This document shows, one piece after another, positions 19,431 to 29,201 of a DNA stretch of 64,000 bases; the stretch's first letter is position 1; every line of letters begins with the position of its first letter. Location of the stretch: NCBI GenBank assembly GCA_964291235.2, contig OZ219816.1, forward strand, positions 192,001-256,000, given 5' to 3'. The translations under genes and the position numbers were made by a program. The notes beneath the pieces were generated by a model. The model did no database searches. It had not been told where the DNA came from and saw nothing but the letters and a program-made list of their open reading frames with translations. This DNA is from Vicinamibacteria bacterium. Lineage in GTDB: Bacteria > Acidobacteriota > Vicinamibacteria > Marinacidobacterales > Marinacidobacteraceae.

Positions 19431-20369
19431 GTGCCTGATTTCGCTCTCGCGCGCACCGCCGCCCGCGCTGAGATCCGGGCCGGACTGCTCGGCGATCCAC
19501 CCCGGATTTCGCCCAAGTTCTTCTACGACCGGGCGGGATCGGAACTCTTCGAGCAGATCACCCGGACGCCCGAGTACTACCTGACCTCGACCGAGGTCGG
19601 GATCCTGGAGACGCGGCGGGCGGAGATCGCAGCCGGGATCGGCCCCCGCGCGGTGCTCGCCGAGATCGCGAGCGGGAGCGCCCGGAAGGCGCGCATCGTG
19701 CTCGGCGCCCTCGACGCGCCGGCCGCCTACGTCCCGGTGGACATCTCGGAAGCGACCCTCGCCGGCGAAGCTGCGGCGCTCCGGCGCGACTTCCCGGGCC
19801 TCCGGGTGCTCCCGGTGGCGGTGGATTTCTCGCGGGACTTCGCCTTCCCGGAGTTCCCCTTCGACCACGACCGGATCGCGATCTTCTACGCGGGCTCGTC
19901 GCTCGGGAACTTCGAGCCGGAGGAGGCGGCGGCCTTTCTCGCGCGGCTCGGGCGCGCCGCCGACCCGGGGTCGCGGCTCCTGCTCGGCGCCGACCGCAAG
20001 AAGGACAAGGCGACCCTCGACCGCACCTACAACGATCCGGGGGGCCTGAACGCCGCCTTCAACCGCAACATCCTGAACAACGTGAACCGGTTGGCGGACG
20101 GCGACTTCGACCCGGAGAAGTGGATCCCGCACCAGTTCTACGTCGAGCGGCGCGGTCGGATCGAGCTATGGCTCGAGAGCGCCGAGGACCAGACCGTCCG
20201 GGTGGCCGGCGAGGTGTTTCGGTTTGCCGCCGGCGACCGGATCCACACCGAGAACTCCTACAAGTACGACGTGGACGAGGTTCTCGCGCTCGCGGCCCCG
20301 GCGTGGACCCCGCTCCACGTCTGGAGCGACCCGGCCGAACGCTTCAGCGTCTTCCTGTTCGGCTGCTGA
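19431..20369 (+). CDS. egtD: L-histidine N(alpha)-methyltransferase
   Basis: PKFFYD..GSELFEQIT..PEYY, GSSLGNF, FNRNIL, IHTENSYKY; GTG start inferred. Confidence 0.9.
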   Translation: MPDFALARTAARAEIRAGLLGDPPRISPKFFYDRAGSELFEQITRTPEYYLTSTEVGILETRRAEIAAGIGPRAVLAEIASGSARKARIVLGALDAPAAYVPVDISEATLAGEAAALRRDFPGLRVLPVAVDFSRDFAFPEFPFDHDRIAIFYAGSSLGNFEPEEAAAFLARLGRAADPGSRLLLGADRKKDKATLDRTYNDPGGLNAAFNRNILNNVNRLADGDFDPEKWIPHQFYVERRGRIELWLESAEDQTVRVAGEVFRFAAGDRIHTENSYKYDVDEVLALAAPAWTPLHVWSDPAERFSVFLFGC

Positions 20370-20590
20370 CCCAGACCGGAAACCGTCGGCCTCTAGTGAC
20401 GTCCGCGCTGGAGGCAATTCAAGATGGCACTATCTTTGCTGCACAAAGCCAATCCATCCGCTTCCACGCCAAAGACGTCACTATCGGCGATGCCGAACCG
20501 CGACCCTGCGCGGGTCATCGCGCCCGGTGGATGGGCCCAACGCACTCGCAAGCCCGACTAGAATCGACGACTGGATCGCGGGCAAGACCG

Positions 20591-21061
20591 GTGCGCAGGG
20601 ACAGCGAACGTCAGCACCTGAAGCTTCTCGTCGCCAAGATAACCGTTCTGGTTTTGTCCTCCGGCTGTGTCTACCAATCGCAGACAGTCCGGCTGCCGAA
20701 CACTGCCGCTCCAACGAAGCCGATCCGATCGATTTCTGTTGCCGCTGGCGGCGTCCTCGCCGAGGCCATCGGCTTCGAGCTGGCTGCCAACTACGAATTC
20801 GAGCTGGTGGCCGATGGTGCCGACGCGGTAATCGAGGCAACGTGGGAAGCTGGATATGACGGCAAGCCGGAGACGGTTTTCGTACAGCTGATCGACGCCC
20901 AATCCGCAGCCGTGGTTGGCGCCGTGAGGTGGCACAACTCCGGCGGTGGCGAGAAAGGCTCCGCGTTGGACCGACGCACCCGGAAGGACGTCACGGCGGC
21001 CGCGGCCGAAATCGCGTACGAATTGATTTACGAGCTACCTCAGTTCTGGCAGAACCGTTGA
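20591..21061 (+). CDS. Hypothetical putative lipoprotein
   Basis: Hydrophobic stretch ending LSSGC; start uncertain. Confidence 0.5.
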   Translation: MRRDSERQHLKLLVAKITVLVLSSGCVYQSQTVRLPNTAAPTKPIRSISVAAGGVLAEAIGFELAANYEFELVADGADAVIEATWEAGYDGKPETVFVQLIDAQSAAVVGAVRWHNSGGGEKGSALDRRTRKDVTAAAAEIAYELIYELPQFWQNR

Positions 21062-21252
21062 GGCCGCAGCTCCCGAGGGTTCATCGGGTCGGCGCCGGCG
21101 CGAAGCATTCTTCCGTTACCGACGCAATGCCGACCAGCACTGGGCGTACCCCGCTGGCGCGCGCCTCAAATCGGTTCCGGAGCGTGCATTCACGACCATG
21201 GTGGCCGCGACGCCGGTCTTGAGACCGGCCGTCCTCCCCGATAATCCCACCC

Positions 21253-23184
21253 ATGATCCGACTCGCCGTCCCGATCCTCCTGGCCGCTTTCGCGGCCGCA
21301 GCCTCCGCCCAACCCGCGGAAGAACGCGTCGAGTGGCCCTCCTGGGGCGGCGATCCGGGCTCGATGCACTACTCCCCGTTGACCAAAATCAACCGGGACA
21401 ACGTCTCCGGCCTGAAACTCGCCTGGGAGTGGGACACCGGCGAGGGACCGCTCAGCGGGCCCCGGCTGCCGGTGCCCGACAACCCGGTGCGCCCCGGCAG
21501 CTTCGAGAACACCCCGCTGGTATACGACGGGGTGATGTACGTGAGCACCTCCTACAACAAGGTGGTGACCCTGAACCCCGACACCGGGGAGGTCCTGTGG
21601 ACCTACGACCCCCGGATCACCGAGTGGGGCCAGGTGCCGAACGGGACCGGCTTCGTGCACCGGGGGGTCGCGCTCTGGGAGGACGCCGACGGGAAGCGGC
21701 GCGTCTTCCTGAACAGCCGCTGGCGGCTCATCTCGATCGACACCGTCACCGGCGAGCCCGACCCGTCGTTCGGGGACGGCGGCGAGATCGATCTCACCGC
21801 CCAGCTGGTCTGGCCCATCAACCGCCTCCACTACACCCAGACCTCGCCCCCGGTCGTCTTCGAGGACCTGGTGATCCTGGGGAACGGGGTCTGGGACCGC
21901 TTCGTTTACGAGCGCGACCCGCCGGGAAACGTGCAGGCGTTCAGCACGAAGACCGGCGAACTGGTCTGGTCCTTCAACCTGATCCCCCAGCCCGGGGAGT
22001 TCGGGAACGACACCTGGGAGGACGGCGCCTGGGACCGGGTGGGCCACACGAACGTCTGGGCGCCGATGTCGCTCGACGCCGAGCGGGGGCTCATCTACCT
22101 GCCGGTGGGAACGCCGAGCAACGACTACTACGGCGGCGGCCGCCTCGGGGACAACCTCTTCGCGGAGGCCATCGTCTGCCTTGACGCCCGCACCGGGGAG
22201 CGGGTCTGGCACTTCCAGACCGTGAAGCACGGCCTCTGGGACTACGACCTGCCGGCCGCGCCGACGCTGCTCACCATCAACGTGGACGGCCGGGAGATCG
22301 ACGCGGTGGCGGCCCCCGCGAAGACCGGCTTCGTGTACGTCTTCGACCGGGTCACCGGCGAACCGGTCTGGCCCATCGAGGACCGTGCGGTTCCGGCGAG
22401 CGACGTTCCCGGCGAGCGCGCGGCCGAGACGCAGCCCTTCCCGACGAGACCGGCGCCCTTCGCCAAGCAGAGCTTCACGGAGGACGAGGTCATCGCCTTC
22501 ACCCCCGAGCTGCGCGAGGAGGCGCTCGCCATCGTGCGGAAGTACCGCATGGGAGGCCTCTACACCCCGCCGTCGCTCGAAGGAACGATCGCCAATCCGG
22601 GAATCCTGGGCGGCGCGAACTGGGGCGGCGCGGCGGCCGACCCCGAAACCGGGGTGATCTACATCAAGGCCAACGAGTTCCCCGCCCTGCTCGCCATCAC
22701 CGAGGCCAACCCGGACCAGACCGAGGGCCGCTACTGGCTCGACCGCGAGCGCCGGTCGCTGAACCTGCCGAACGGGCTGCCGATCAACAAGCCGCCCTAC
22801 GGCACCCTCACCGCAATCGACCTGAACACCGGGGACCACCTCTTCCAGGTGCCGGCCGGCAACAACTCGCTGGTCCGGAATCACCGGGCGCTCGAAGGCG
22901 TGGACCTCGGCGACGAGCGCCTCGGCATCGTGGGGGCGCCGGGGCCGATGGTCACCGGCGGCGGGCTCGTCTTCTTCACCGGAGGCGCCGACCATCTCTT
23001 CGCCATCGACAAGGCCACCGGCGCGGAACTGTGGGCGCACCCGCTGGGAGCGAGTTCCTACGCGAACCCGATGACCTACGAATCACCCGAGGGGGTGCAG
23101 TTCGTGGTGGTCGCGGTGGGGCGCGGCACCGGCAACAAACTGGTCGCGTTCTCGCTCGGGGAGCCGGACTCCGCCGGGAACTGA
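21253..23184 (+). CDS. PQQ-dependent dehydrogenase (glucose/quinate family, secreted)
   Basis: Signal peptide; YSPLTKINRDNV, WHFQTVKHGLWDYD, KPPYG motifs. Confidence 0.9.
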   Translation: MIRLAVPILLAAFAAAASAQPAEERVEWPSWGGDPGSMHYSPLTKINRDNVSGLKLAWEWDTGEGPLSGPRLPVPDNPVRPGSFENTPLVYDGVMYVSTSYNKVVTLNPDTGEVLWTYDPRITEWGQVPNGTGFVHRGVALWEDADGKRRVFLNSRWRLISIDTVTGEPDPSFGDGGEIDLTAQLVWPINRLHYTQTSPPVVFEDLVILGNGVWDRFVYERDPPGNVQAFSTKTGELVWSFNLIPQPGEFGNDTWEDGAWDRVGHTNVWAPMSLDAERGLIYLPVGTPSNDYYGGGRLGDNLFAEAIVCLDARTGERVWHFQTVKHGLWDYDLPAAPTLLTINVDGREIDAVAAPAKTGFVYVFDRVTGEPVWPIEDRAVPASDVPGERAAETQPFPTRPAPFAKQSFTEDEVIAFTPELREEALAIVRKYRMGGLYTPPSLEGTIANPGILGGANWGGAAADPETGVIYIKANEFPALLAITEANPDQTEGRYWLDRERRSLNLPNGLPINKPPYGTLTAIDLNTGDHLFQVPAGNNSLVRNHRALEGVDLGDERLGIVGAPGPMVTGGGLVFFTGGADHLFAIDKATGAELWAHPLGASSYANPMTYESPEGVQFVVVAVGRGTGNKLVAFSLGEPDSAGN

Positions 23185-23228
23185 GCGGACGGTATTCTTC
23201 CGGGTCACCCCACCGAGGAGAGTTCACC

Positions 23229-23753
23229 ATGCCCCTTCCCCCGCTCTACGACCCCGACGCCGTTCGTCCCATGTGGGAGGAACTGGCCGACTGCCGCGTG
23301 ACACCGCTTCATCAGCCGGAAGAGGTGGACCAAATGCTGGAAAGGCCGGGCACCGCCCTCGTGGTGGTCAACTCGGTCTGCGGGTGCGCCGCCGGCTCGG
23401 CGCGTCCGGGAGTCACCATGGCGCTCCAGCACGGCAAGATCCCCGACCACCTGGGGACGGTCTTCGCCGGAGTGGACCGCGACGCCACCGACCGCGCCCG
23501 CGGCTACATGACCGATGTCCCGCCGTCCTCCCCCGCCATCGCGCTGTTCAAGGACGGCCAGTTGATCCACATGCTCGAGCGGCGGCACATCGAACGGATG
23601 GCGCCGGACATGGTCGCGGCGAACCTGGCAGCGGCGTTCGAAACGCACTGCGAGGCCGAGGGTCCCTCGGTCCCGCGCGACGTCTGGGAGCGCTCGGCGC
23701 GTGAACGGATGTGCGGCTCGAACGTCCCGATCTTCAACCCGACCTTCCGGTAG
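23229..23753 (+). CDS. BrxA/BrxB-family bacilliredoxin
   Basis: VVNSVCGCAAGSARP, TVFAGVD, PPSSP.IALFKDG. Confidence 0.9.
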   Translation: MPLPPLYDPDAVRPMWEELADCRVTPLHQPEEVDQMLERPGTALVVVNSVCGCAAGSARPGVTMALQHGKIPDHLGTVFAGVDRDATDRARGYMTDVPPSSPAIALFKDGQLIHMLERRHIERMAPDMVAANLAAAFETHCEAEGPSVPRDVWERSARERMCGSNVPIFNPTFR

Positions 23754-23789
23754 CGCCGCTGGCGGCCTGCCGATCGGACGCGATCCCGC

Positions 23790-24437
23790 TTGTCCGGGGA
23801 TAGAGCGCCCGGGCTCCCGGGTTCGGGGCTGTTCCTGACCGTCGAGGGAGTCGAGGGCGGCGGCAAGTCCACGCTCGCTCAGCGTCTCGGGGCGCGGCTC
23901 CGTCGCGGGAGGCGCGAGGTCACCCTGACCCGCGAACCGGGCGGCACCGCCGCCGGGAGGGTCATCCGGGAACTGCTGCTGCACACCGAAGGACCCCTCA
24001 CGCCCGAAACGGAACTCGCGCTCTTCTTCGCCGCCCGGGCCCAGAACCTCTCCGAGGTGATCCTGCCGGCGCTCCGGCGGGGCGAGGTGGTGATTTCGGA
24101 CCGCTTCACCGATTCGACCGTCGCCTATCAGGGCGGTGGGCGGGGTTTGCCGGTGGAGAAGATCCTGGCCGTGGACCGGGCGGTCACCGGCGGCGTCCGC
24201 CCGCACCTGACGCTGGTGCTGGATCTGCCGGTCGCCGCCGGTTTCGCGCGCCTCAAGGGGACCGACCGCATCGAGCAGGAAGCGGCGCGCTTCCACCGCC
24301 GCGTCCGCGAGGGTTTCCTCCGGATCGCCCGCGCAGAACCCGAACGGGTCGTGGTGGTCCCGGCGGACCGGGCGCCCGACGAAGTCTTCGGGGCGGCGTG
24401 GGCCGCGGTCAGCGCCCGGTTGCCGGGGAAGGGCTGA
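23790..24437 (+). CDS. tmk: Thymidylate kinase
   Basis: EGVEGGGKST, TREPGG, DRFTDST.AYQG. Confidence 0.92.
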   Translation: MSGDRAPGLPGSGLFLTVEGVEGGGKSTLAQRLGARLRRGRREVTLTREPGGTAAGRVIRELLLHTEGPLTPETELALFFAARAQNLSEVILPALRRGEVVISDRFTDSTVAYQGGGRGLPVEKILAVDRAVTGGVRPHLTLVLDLPVAAGFARLKGTDRIEQEAARFHRRVREGFLRIARAEPERVVVVPADRAPDEVFGAAWAAVSARLPGKG

Positions 24438-24441
24438 CCCG

Positions 24442-25530
24442 GTGTCCGGCTTCCGGATCGGGGCCCCCTTCCCGCGGCTCGCCGGGCTGGCCGCCGGCGG
24501 CCGGCTCCCGCAGAGCCTCCTGCTGACCGGGCCCTCCGGCGCCCCCACGATGGAAGCCGCCGTCGCGCTTTCGGCCATCGTGAACAGCTCCGATCGGGAC
24601 CCCGGCTCGGAGGCCACCCGGGTGCTGCACGAGCGCATCGTGGCCACCGACGCGGCGCTTTGCGCCGGCAAAGGGGCGGGCGAGTGGATCGGACCGGCGA
24701 CCGGTCCCTATCCGGACGTGCGGATCCTGCGGCCGGAGAGCGGCAAGCCGATCCGGGTGGACGAGATCCGCCAGGCCATCGCCGGAACCCGCACCCATCC
24801 GTTCGAGGGACGCCGCCGGGTGCTGGTGATCGAAGCGGCGGACACCATGAACCCGCCAGCGGCCAACGCGCTCCTCAAGACGCTCGAAGAACCGCACCCG
24901 TGGCTCGGCCTGATCCTTTGCGCGCGCACCGAGGCGGCGCTCCTGCCCACGATCGTCTCCCGCTGCCAGCGCTGGCGGTTCGCCGCGCCGACCGCTCCCG
25001 AGGTCGCCGCCCGGCTGCGGGAAGAGCACGACTACCCGCCCGCCGAGGCGGCGGTCGCCGCGGCGGCCGCGGGCGGGGATCTCGCGCGGGCGCTCGCGCT
25101 GCCGCGGGACCGGCTGCTGCCGCTCGCCGAGGAGGCCGAGGGAATGGCCGCGGTCGTCGGCCGGGGGATCCCGCCGCCGGCCCGGGCGGCGCTGACCGAG
25201 CGGCTGACGAAGGGAGGCCCCCGCTCCCGGAAGGCGGGCCGCATCGACGAGCTGCAGACGATTCTGGTGCTGCTGCGCGCCACCCTCCGGGACCTGGCGG
25301 CGCTGGGCTCGGGAGGCGCGCCGCTCTCCAGTGATCGCGAATCTCTGGACAAGCTCGCGAAGCTCGCCCCCGGGGGCGCCTTCGCGGAGGCCCTGCTGCT
25401 CGTCGAGGAGGCCGACCGCGACATGTACCGCTCCTACGGCAACAAGCGGATGCAGCTCGACGCGCTCCTGCTGGCGTTCAACGAGATCGCGCGGCCCATC
25501 GTGGTCGCCCGCCGCCGCGCCAAACGGTAG
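24442..25530 (+). CDS. holB: DNA polymerase III delta' subunit
   Basis: [21 protein letters not shown]; follows tmk. Confidence 0.85.
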   Translation: MSGFRIGAPFPRLAGLAAGGRLPQSLLLTGPSGAPTMEAAVALSAIVNSSDRDPGSEATRVLHERIVATDAALCAGKGAGEWIGPATGPYPDVRILRPESGKPIRVDEIRQAIAGTRTHPFEGRRRVLVIEAADTMNPPAANALLKTLEEPHPWLGLILCARTEAALLPTIVSRCQRWRFAAPTAPEVAARLREEHDYPPAEAAVAAAAAGGDLARALALPRDRLLPLAEEAEGMAAVVGRGIPPPARAALTERLTKGGPRSRKAGRIDELQTILVLLRATLRDLAALGSGGAPLSSDRESLDKLAKLAPGGAFAEALLLVEEADRDMYRSYGNKRMQLDALLLAFNEIARPIVVARRRAKR

Positions 25531-25676
25531 GAGCGCCGGCCTCCAGGCCGGCATCGCTCGCCAAACGCGAGCGAAACTCCCGAACCTTCAGGCGCTTATG
25601 GCGGCAGGCTCGGTGGGGTGATCGCCAACCTGGGCGCCCCGGGGCGCGTATCCTCATCACCCTCAGGAGATCCCCC

Positions 25677-26231
25677 ATGATGACCGTCCTTTCCCTCTGG
25701 CTGCCGATCCTGGTTGCCGCCGTCGCGGTGTTCCTCGCCAGCTCGCTGATCCACATGGTGCTCGGGTTCCACAAGAACGACATGGGGGCGATTCCCGACG
25801 AGCGGAAGGTCGCCGACGCGCTCCGGCCCTTCGCGATCCCGCCCGGCGACTACGCGATTCCCCACGGCCACGCCAAGGACATGGCGACCCCGGAGTTCCT
25901 CCAGAAGACCAAGGAGGGCCCGGTGGCGATCATGACCGTGCTGCCAAACGAGCCGACGAACATGGGCAGGAACCTCGGCCTGTGGTTCGTCTATTCGCTG
26001 GTGGTCGGCGGATTCGCCGCCTACGTGGCGGGATCGGCCGTCGGCATCGGCGCGGAGTACGACGAGGTGTTCCGGGTGGTCGCCGCGGTCAGCTTCGCCG
26101 GGTATTCGCTCGCCGTGTTGCAGGCTTCGATCTGGTGGGGACGGAGCTGGGGCTACACCGTACGCACCATGACGGACGGGCTGATCTACGGCCTGCTCAC
26201 CGGGGGCGTCTTCGGCTGGCTCTGGCCGTAG
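25677..26231 (+). CDS. Conserved hypothetical membrane protein
   Basis: RBS AGGAG; several TM segments; ends [13 protein letters not shown]. Confidence 0.8.
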   Translation: MMTVLSLWLPILVAAVAVFLASSLIHMVLGFHKNDMGAIPDERKVADALRPFAIPPGDYAIPHGHAKDMATPEFLQKTKEGPVAIMTVLPNEPTNMGRNLGLWFVYSLVVGGFAAYVAGSAVGIGAEYDEVFRVVAAVSFAGYSLAVLQASIWWGRSWGYTVRTMTDGLIYGLLTGGVFGWLWP

Positions 26232-26256
26232 TCCCGGAGTCCCGACACGACCTCGG

Positions 26257-26631
26257 ATGTCCCCCCGGCGAAGGCGCCTCCGGTCGCTCATGGCGGCCGG
26301 CCTCGCCTGCGCGATGACCACGGCAGGCTGTTCCGTCGCCCTGGTCCACGGTCCCCCGAACCCGGACGAAGCGGACTACGACGCTGCCGGCCGCTACGAG
26401 GGTGGCGTGCCCTGCACCGCCAGCCGGGCCTGGCCCGTCGTTGACGCGCTGGTGCTCCTGGCCACCCTCGTCAAGGTGGCGAACTACGGACCCGATCAGC
26501 GGGACGAGACGCGCAGCGGGCTGATGGGTGCGGCGCTCGGCGTGGATCGGACACCGGCGGACGAGCGCCTGCCGCGACGCGCAGGCTTCGGCCGGCGGGC
26601 CTCCGGCCGCGTCCTCGCCCTGGTGAGATGA
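26257..26631 (+). CDS. Hypothetical lipoprotein, possibly degenerate
   Basis: TTAGC lipobox-like motif; C-terminus looks frameshifted. Confidence 0.4.
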   Translation: MSPRRRRLRSLMAAGLACAMTTAGCSVALVHGPPNPDEADYDAAGRYEGGVPCTASRAWPVVDALVLLATLVKVANYGPDQRDETRSGLMGAALGVDRTPADERLPRRAGFGRRASGRVLALVR

Positions 26632-27656
26632 GGAAGCACGCGTACGCGATCGTCACGACCCTGCTGACGCTGGTGGGTCTCGCGGGCCTCTTCGGGCTCC
26701 GCCTCGTGGGCCTCTACAGCCACCAGGCGCTCGGGCTGGCGCTGCTGCTCGGCTGCGGGTGGGCGATCGCGAGCCTCATCCGGTCGGCGTGGAAGGGGCG
26801 GCTCAAGCCGCAGCTTGCCCGGGGATTCCGCGGGCGCGAGAACCGGCCCCGGCTCCTCCAGGCGGTGGGACGCGCGAGCTTCTGGACGCTGAGCGCCGCC
26901 GCGTGCCTCGCGGTCTTCCCCCGCACGGCGGAGCTGACGGCGTTGATCGCCGTGGTGATCGGCGTCTCCGGGCTCCGGATCGCAGCTTCCTTCGTCGTCC
27001 CGGACCGGCTGGGTACCGGGCCCACCATCGTCATGGCAGCGGGCGCCCTGGTCCTGGCGTTCGATCTCGGCCGGGCCTTCCTGGGGGCGCCCGTAGCCGA
27101 GGTGCGGATCGCTCCCCCGTTCGAGGGCGAGTGGGTGGTGCTGCAGGGCGGCGACAGCCCCCTGCAGAATCACCATCTGGTGGCGTACAACCAGCACTTC
27201 GCGCTCGACCTCGTCCAGTTGGAGGACGGCCGGATCTTCGCCGACGGCGACGGCAACGCGGGCGTCCACAGTTGGGAGCAGCTTCTGCAATCGCCCGCGG
27301 ACGGCACGGTGGTCGTCGCGCGCGGCGGGATGGAGGACTCCGAGGGCGCCAACTTCGTGACCGAACTCGAGGACGCGGCGGGGAACGTCATCGTCATCGA
27401 GCTCGACAGCGGTCACTTCGTGGTCCTGGCGCACCTCCGGCAGGGCTCGCTGCGGGTCGGCGAGGGCGACCGGGTGCGGGCGGGCGATCCGCTGGCGCTG
27501 GTCGGGAACTCGGGCAACACGACGATGCCGCACCTGCACCTCCAGGTGCAGACCCATCCCGGCCTCTGGGACGAAGACAACCGCTCGGTGCCGTTCGCGT
27601 TCGGGCCGGACGGCCACGTCCTGGCGCGCAACGACCGGATCGGCGCGCCCAACTGA
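26628..27656 (+). CDS. Membrane-anchored M23 family metallopeptidase
   Basis: N-terminal TMs; HH..FALD, LAHL, GNSGNTTMPHLHLQ. Confidence 0.88.
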   Translation: MRKHAYAIVTTLLTLVGLAGLFGLRLVGLYSHQALGLALLLGCGWAIASLIRSAWKGRLKPQLARGFRGRENRPRLLQAVGRASFWTLSAAACLAVFPRTAELTALIAVVIGVSGLRIAASFVVPDRLGTGPTIVMAAGALVLAFDLGRAFLGAPVAEVRIAPPFEGEWVVLQGGDSPLQNHHLVAYNQHFALDLVQLEDGRIFADGDGNAGVHSWEQLLQSPADGTVVVARGGMEDSEGANFVTELEDAAGNVIVIELDSGHFVVLAHLRQGSLRVGEGDRVRAGDPLALVGNSGNTTMPHLHLQVQTHPGLWDEDNRSVPFAFGPDGHVLARNDRIGAPN

Positions 27657-27713
27657 GCAATTGCCGCTCGGCGTCGATGTCCGCTCCGCTAGCCGATGTT
27701 GCGACGCGCTGAT

Positions 27714-27801
27714 GAGCTGGGGTTCCACGTTCCGCACGACGGTGGACGGGATGATCTACGGCCTGCTCACCGGCGGCGTCTTCGGCAGGCCCTGGCCGTC
27801 G
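27714..27801 (+). pseudogene. Duplicated 3' end of gene 25677-26231
   Basis: [28 protein letters not shown] vs [28 protein letters not shown]. Confidence 0.8.
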
Positions 27802-27887
27802 CCGGCCGTTCACGGCCCGGCCGATTCCGCGGGCCGTCCGGCCGCGTGGTCAGCGGACCCCGGCGTCCCTTGATTACGATAAGCCTC

Positions 27888-28730
27888 ATGCGACTCACGA
27901 TCCTCCCCGCTGTTCTGGTCACTCCGCTCGTCGCCGGTTGTGGCGGCGACCCGGCCCCCGAATCGGCCGGCTCGGACCGCGACGCCGCGACGGAGGCGGC
28001 TTCATCGACGGAGCAGGCGCTTTGCCTCGACATGGGGCCGCAGACGCCGCGGGACATCGCCGACCCGCACGGGCTGAACGCGGACATGTTCCCGCTGGCG
28101 CCGCCAGCGAGCGAGATGAACCTCTGCAACCTCCACACGCACACGAACGCGGAGCACAAGGGCCCCGGATTCAGCGTCTTCGTCAGCGACGCCGAGGACG
28201 GCGGCTACGCCTGCAACGAGACCGCGGATCTCACGCCCGCCGAGCTTGAGCCCGCCGAAGGGGCCTACGGCGGCGTGAGCCCGGGCGACACCATAGAGGT
28301 CCACTGGGTTCACACCTCATGCGACGCGACTCCCGGTGTCGGGCTCGGCGCGTGCGTCCCCGAGAACTGCGAGAACCCGCTCCTCCGCGTGGAGGCTCAG
28401 GTGTTTGTCGTCGTCAACGACCCGGACGCGCCCGATTTCACCACGATGGCCTACGGCGGCAACCCGAGCGGAGGCCTCCATCAGGCGATGATGATCCCGT
28501 CCGACACCGGCGAACCGGTGCTGTTCCGCGGCTCCACCACCGGCCCCTCCTACGACCAGAGCACCTGTTCCCCCGCGCAGGTCACGTGGAGCGTGCGGCC
28601 GCAATGCGCCCGGCTGGACATCAACTCCCTCCACCGCTGGGCCGTAGCGGGCAATGTGTTCGAGGAGACGAAATCGCACGGAGTGAGGCAGCTCGTGACC
28701 GCGCCGGAACTCCTCTCGCCGATCGAGTAA
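27888..28730 (+). CDS. Delta-class carbonic anhydrase-like lipoprotein
   Basis: LVAGC lipobox; MNLCNLHTHTNAEHK, GDTIEVHWVHTSC, GSTTGPSY, CSP.QVTWSVRP. Confidence 0.78.
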   Translation: MRLTILPAVLVTPLVAGCGGDPAPESAGSDRDAATEAASSTEQALCLDMGPQTPRDIADPHGLNADMFPLAPPASEMNLCNLHTHTNAEHKGPGFSVFVSDAEDGGYACNETADLTPAELEPAEGAYGGVSPGDTIEVHWVHTSCDATPGVGLGACVPENCENPLLRVEAQVFVVVNDPDAPDFTTMAYGGNPSGGLHQAMMIPSDTGEPVLFRGSTTGPSYDQSTCSPAQVTWSVRPQCARLDINSLHRWAVAGNVFEETKSHGVRQLVTAPELLSPIE

Positions 28731-28774
28731 CCGCGCCCGGGCTCCGGCTTCGTCGGCAGCGTTCGGGAACCACG

Positions 28775-28811
28775 GCTCACCGGCGACGTCTTCGGCTGGC
28801 TCTGGCCGTAG
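28775..28811 (+). pseudogene. Third copy of the 3' end of gene 25677-26231
   Basis: GCTCACCGGCGACGTCTTCGGCTGGCTCTGGCCGTAG matches 26195-26231. Confidence 0.8.
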
Positions 28812-28934
28812 CCGCGCCTCGGAGGTCCCGACGACAACGCCGATCGCTCGCTGTCGGAGTTGGCGTGGCGCGGGTTTCGTGCAACCGCGCCCCCGTCCGC
28901 TCGGCGTCGTGGTAAATCGTGTGCTCCGTTCGTC

Positions 28935-28967
28935 GATGTCGTGATGCGATGATGTTATAATGCGTCG
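28935..28967 (+). promoter_or_regulatory. Leaderless promoter/operator of the TA operon
   Basis: TATAAT at 28956-28961, 6 nt before the ATG, with no RBS; clustered GATG repeats. Confidence 0.55.
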
Positions 28968-29201
28968 ATGCGAACCACGGTGACGATTGATGATGATGTG
29001 CTGTCGGTGGCGCGAGCGCTCGCCGAGCGGAGCGGCGTGAGCGTGGGCCGAGCGCTGTCGGAGTTGGCGCGTCGCGGTTTCCGGACGGGCGCCGCCGTCG
29101 CTCAGCGCAAGCGGGAGCGGGCGACCGTGTTTGCGGTGGATCCCGATGCCGGTCCCATCACGAACGAGGACGTCCATCGTTCCCTGAGCGACTGGCCTTG
29201 A
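28968..29201 (+). CDS. vapB: VapB-type ribbon-helix-helix antitoxin
   Basis: MRTTVTIDDDVL..AR.LA...S.G..LSELARRG; overlaps the PIN gene. Confidence 0.85.
   Translation: MRTTVTIDDDVLSVARALAERSGVSVGRALSELARRGFRTGAAVAQRKRERATVFAVDPDAGPITNEDVHRSLSDWP

Noticed and set aside
23229-23753. Functional link between the bacilliredoxin and egtBD
   Set aside because: Separated by unrelated genes; proximity alone is insufficient
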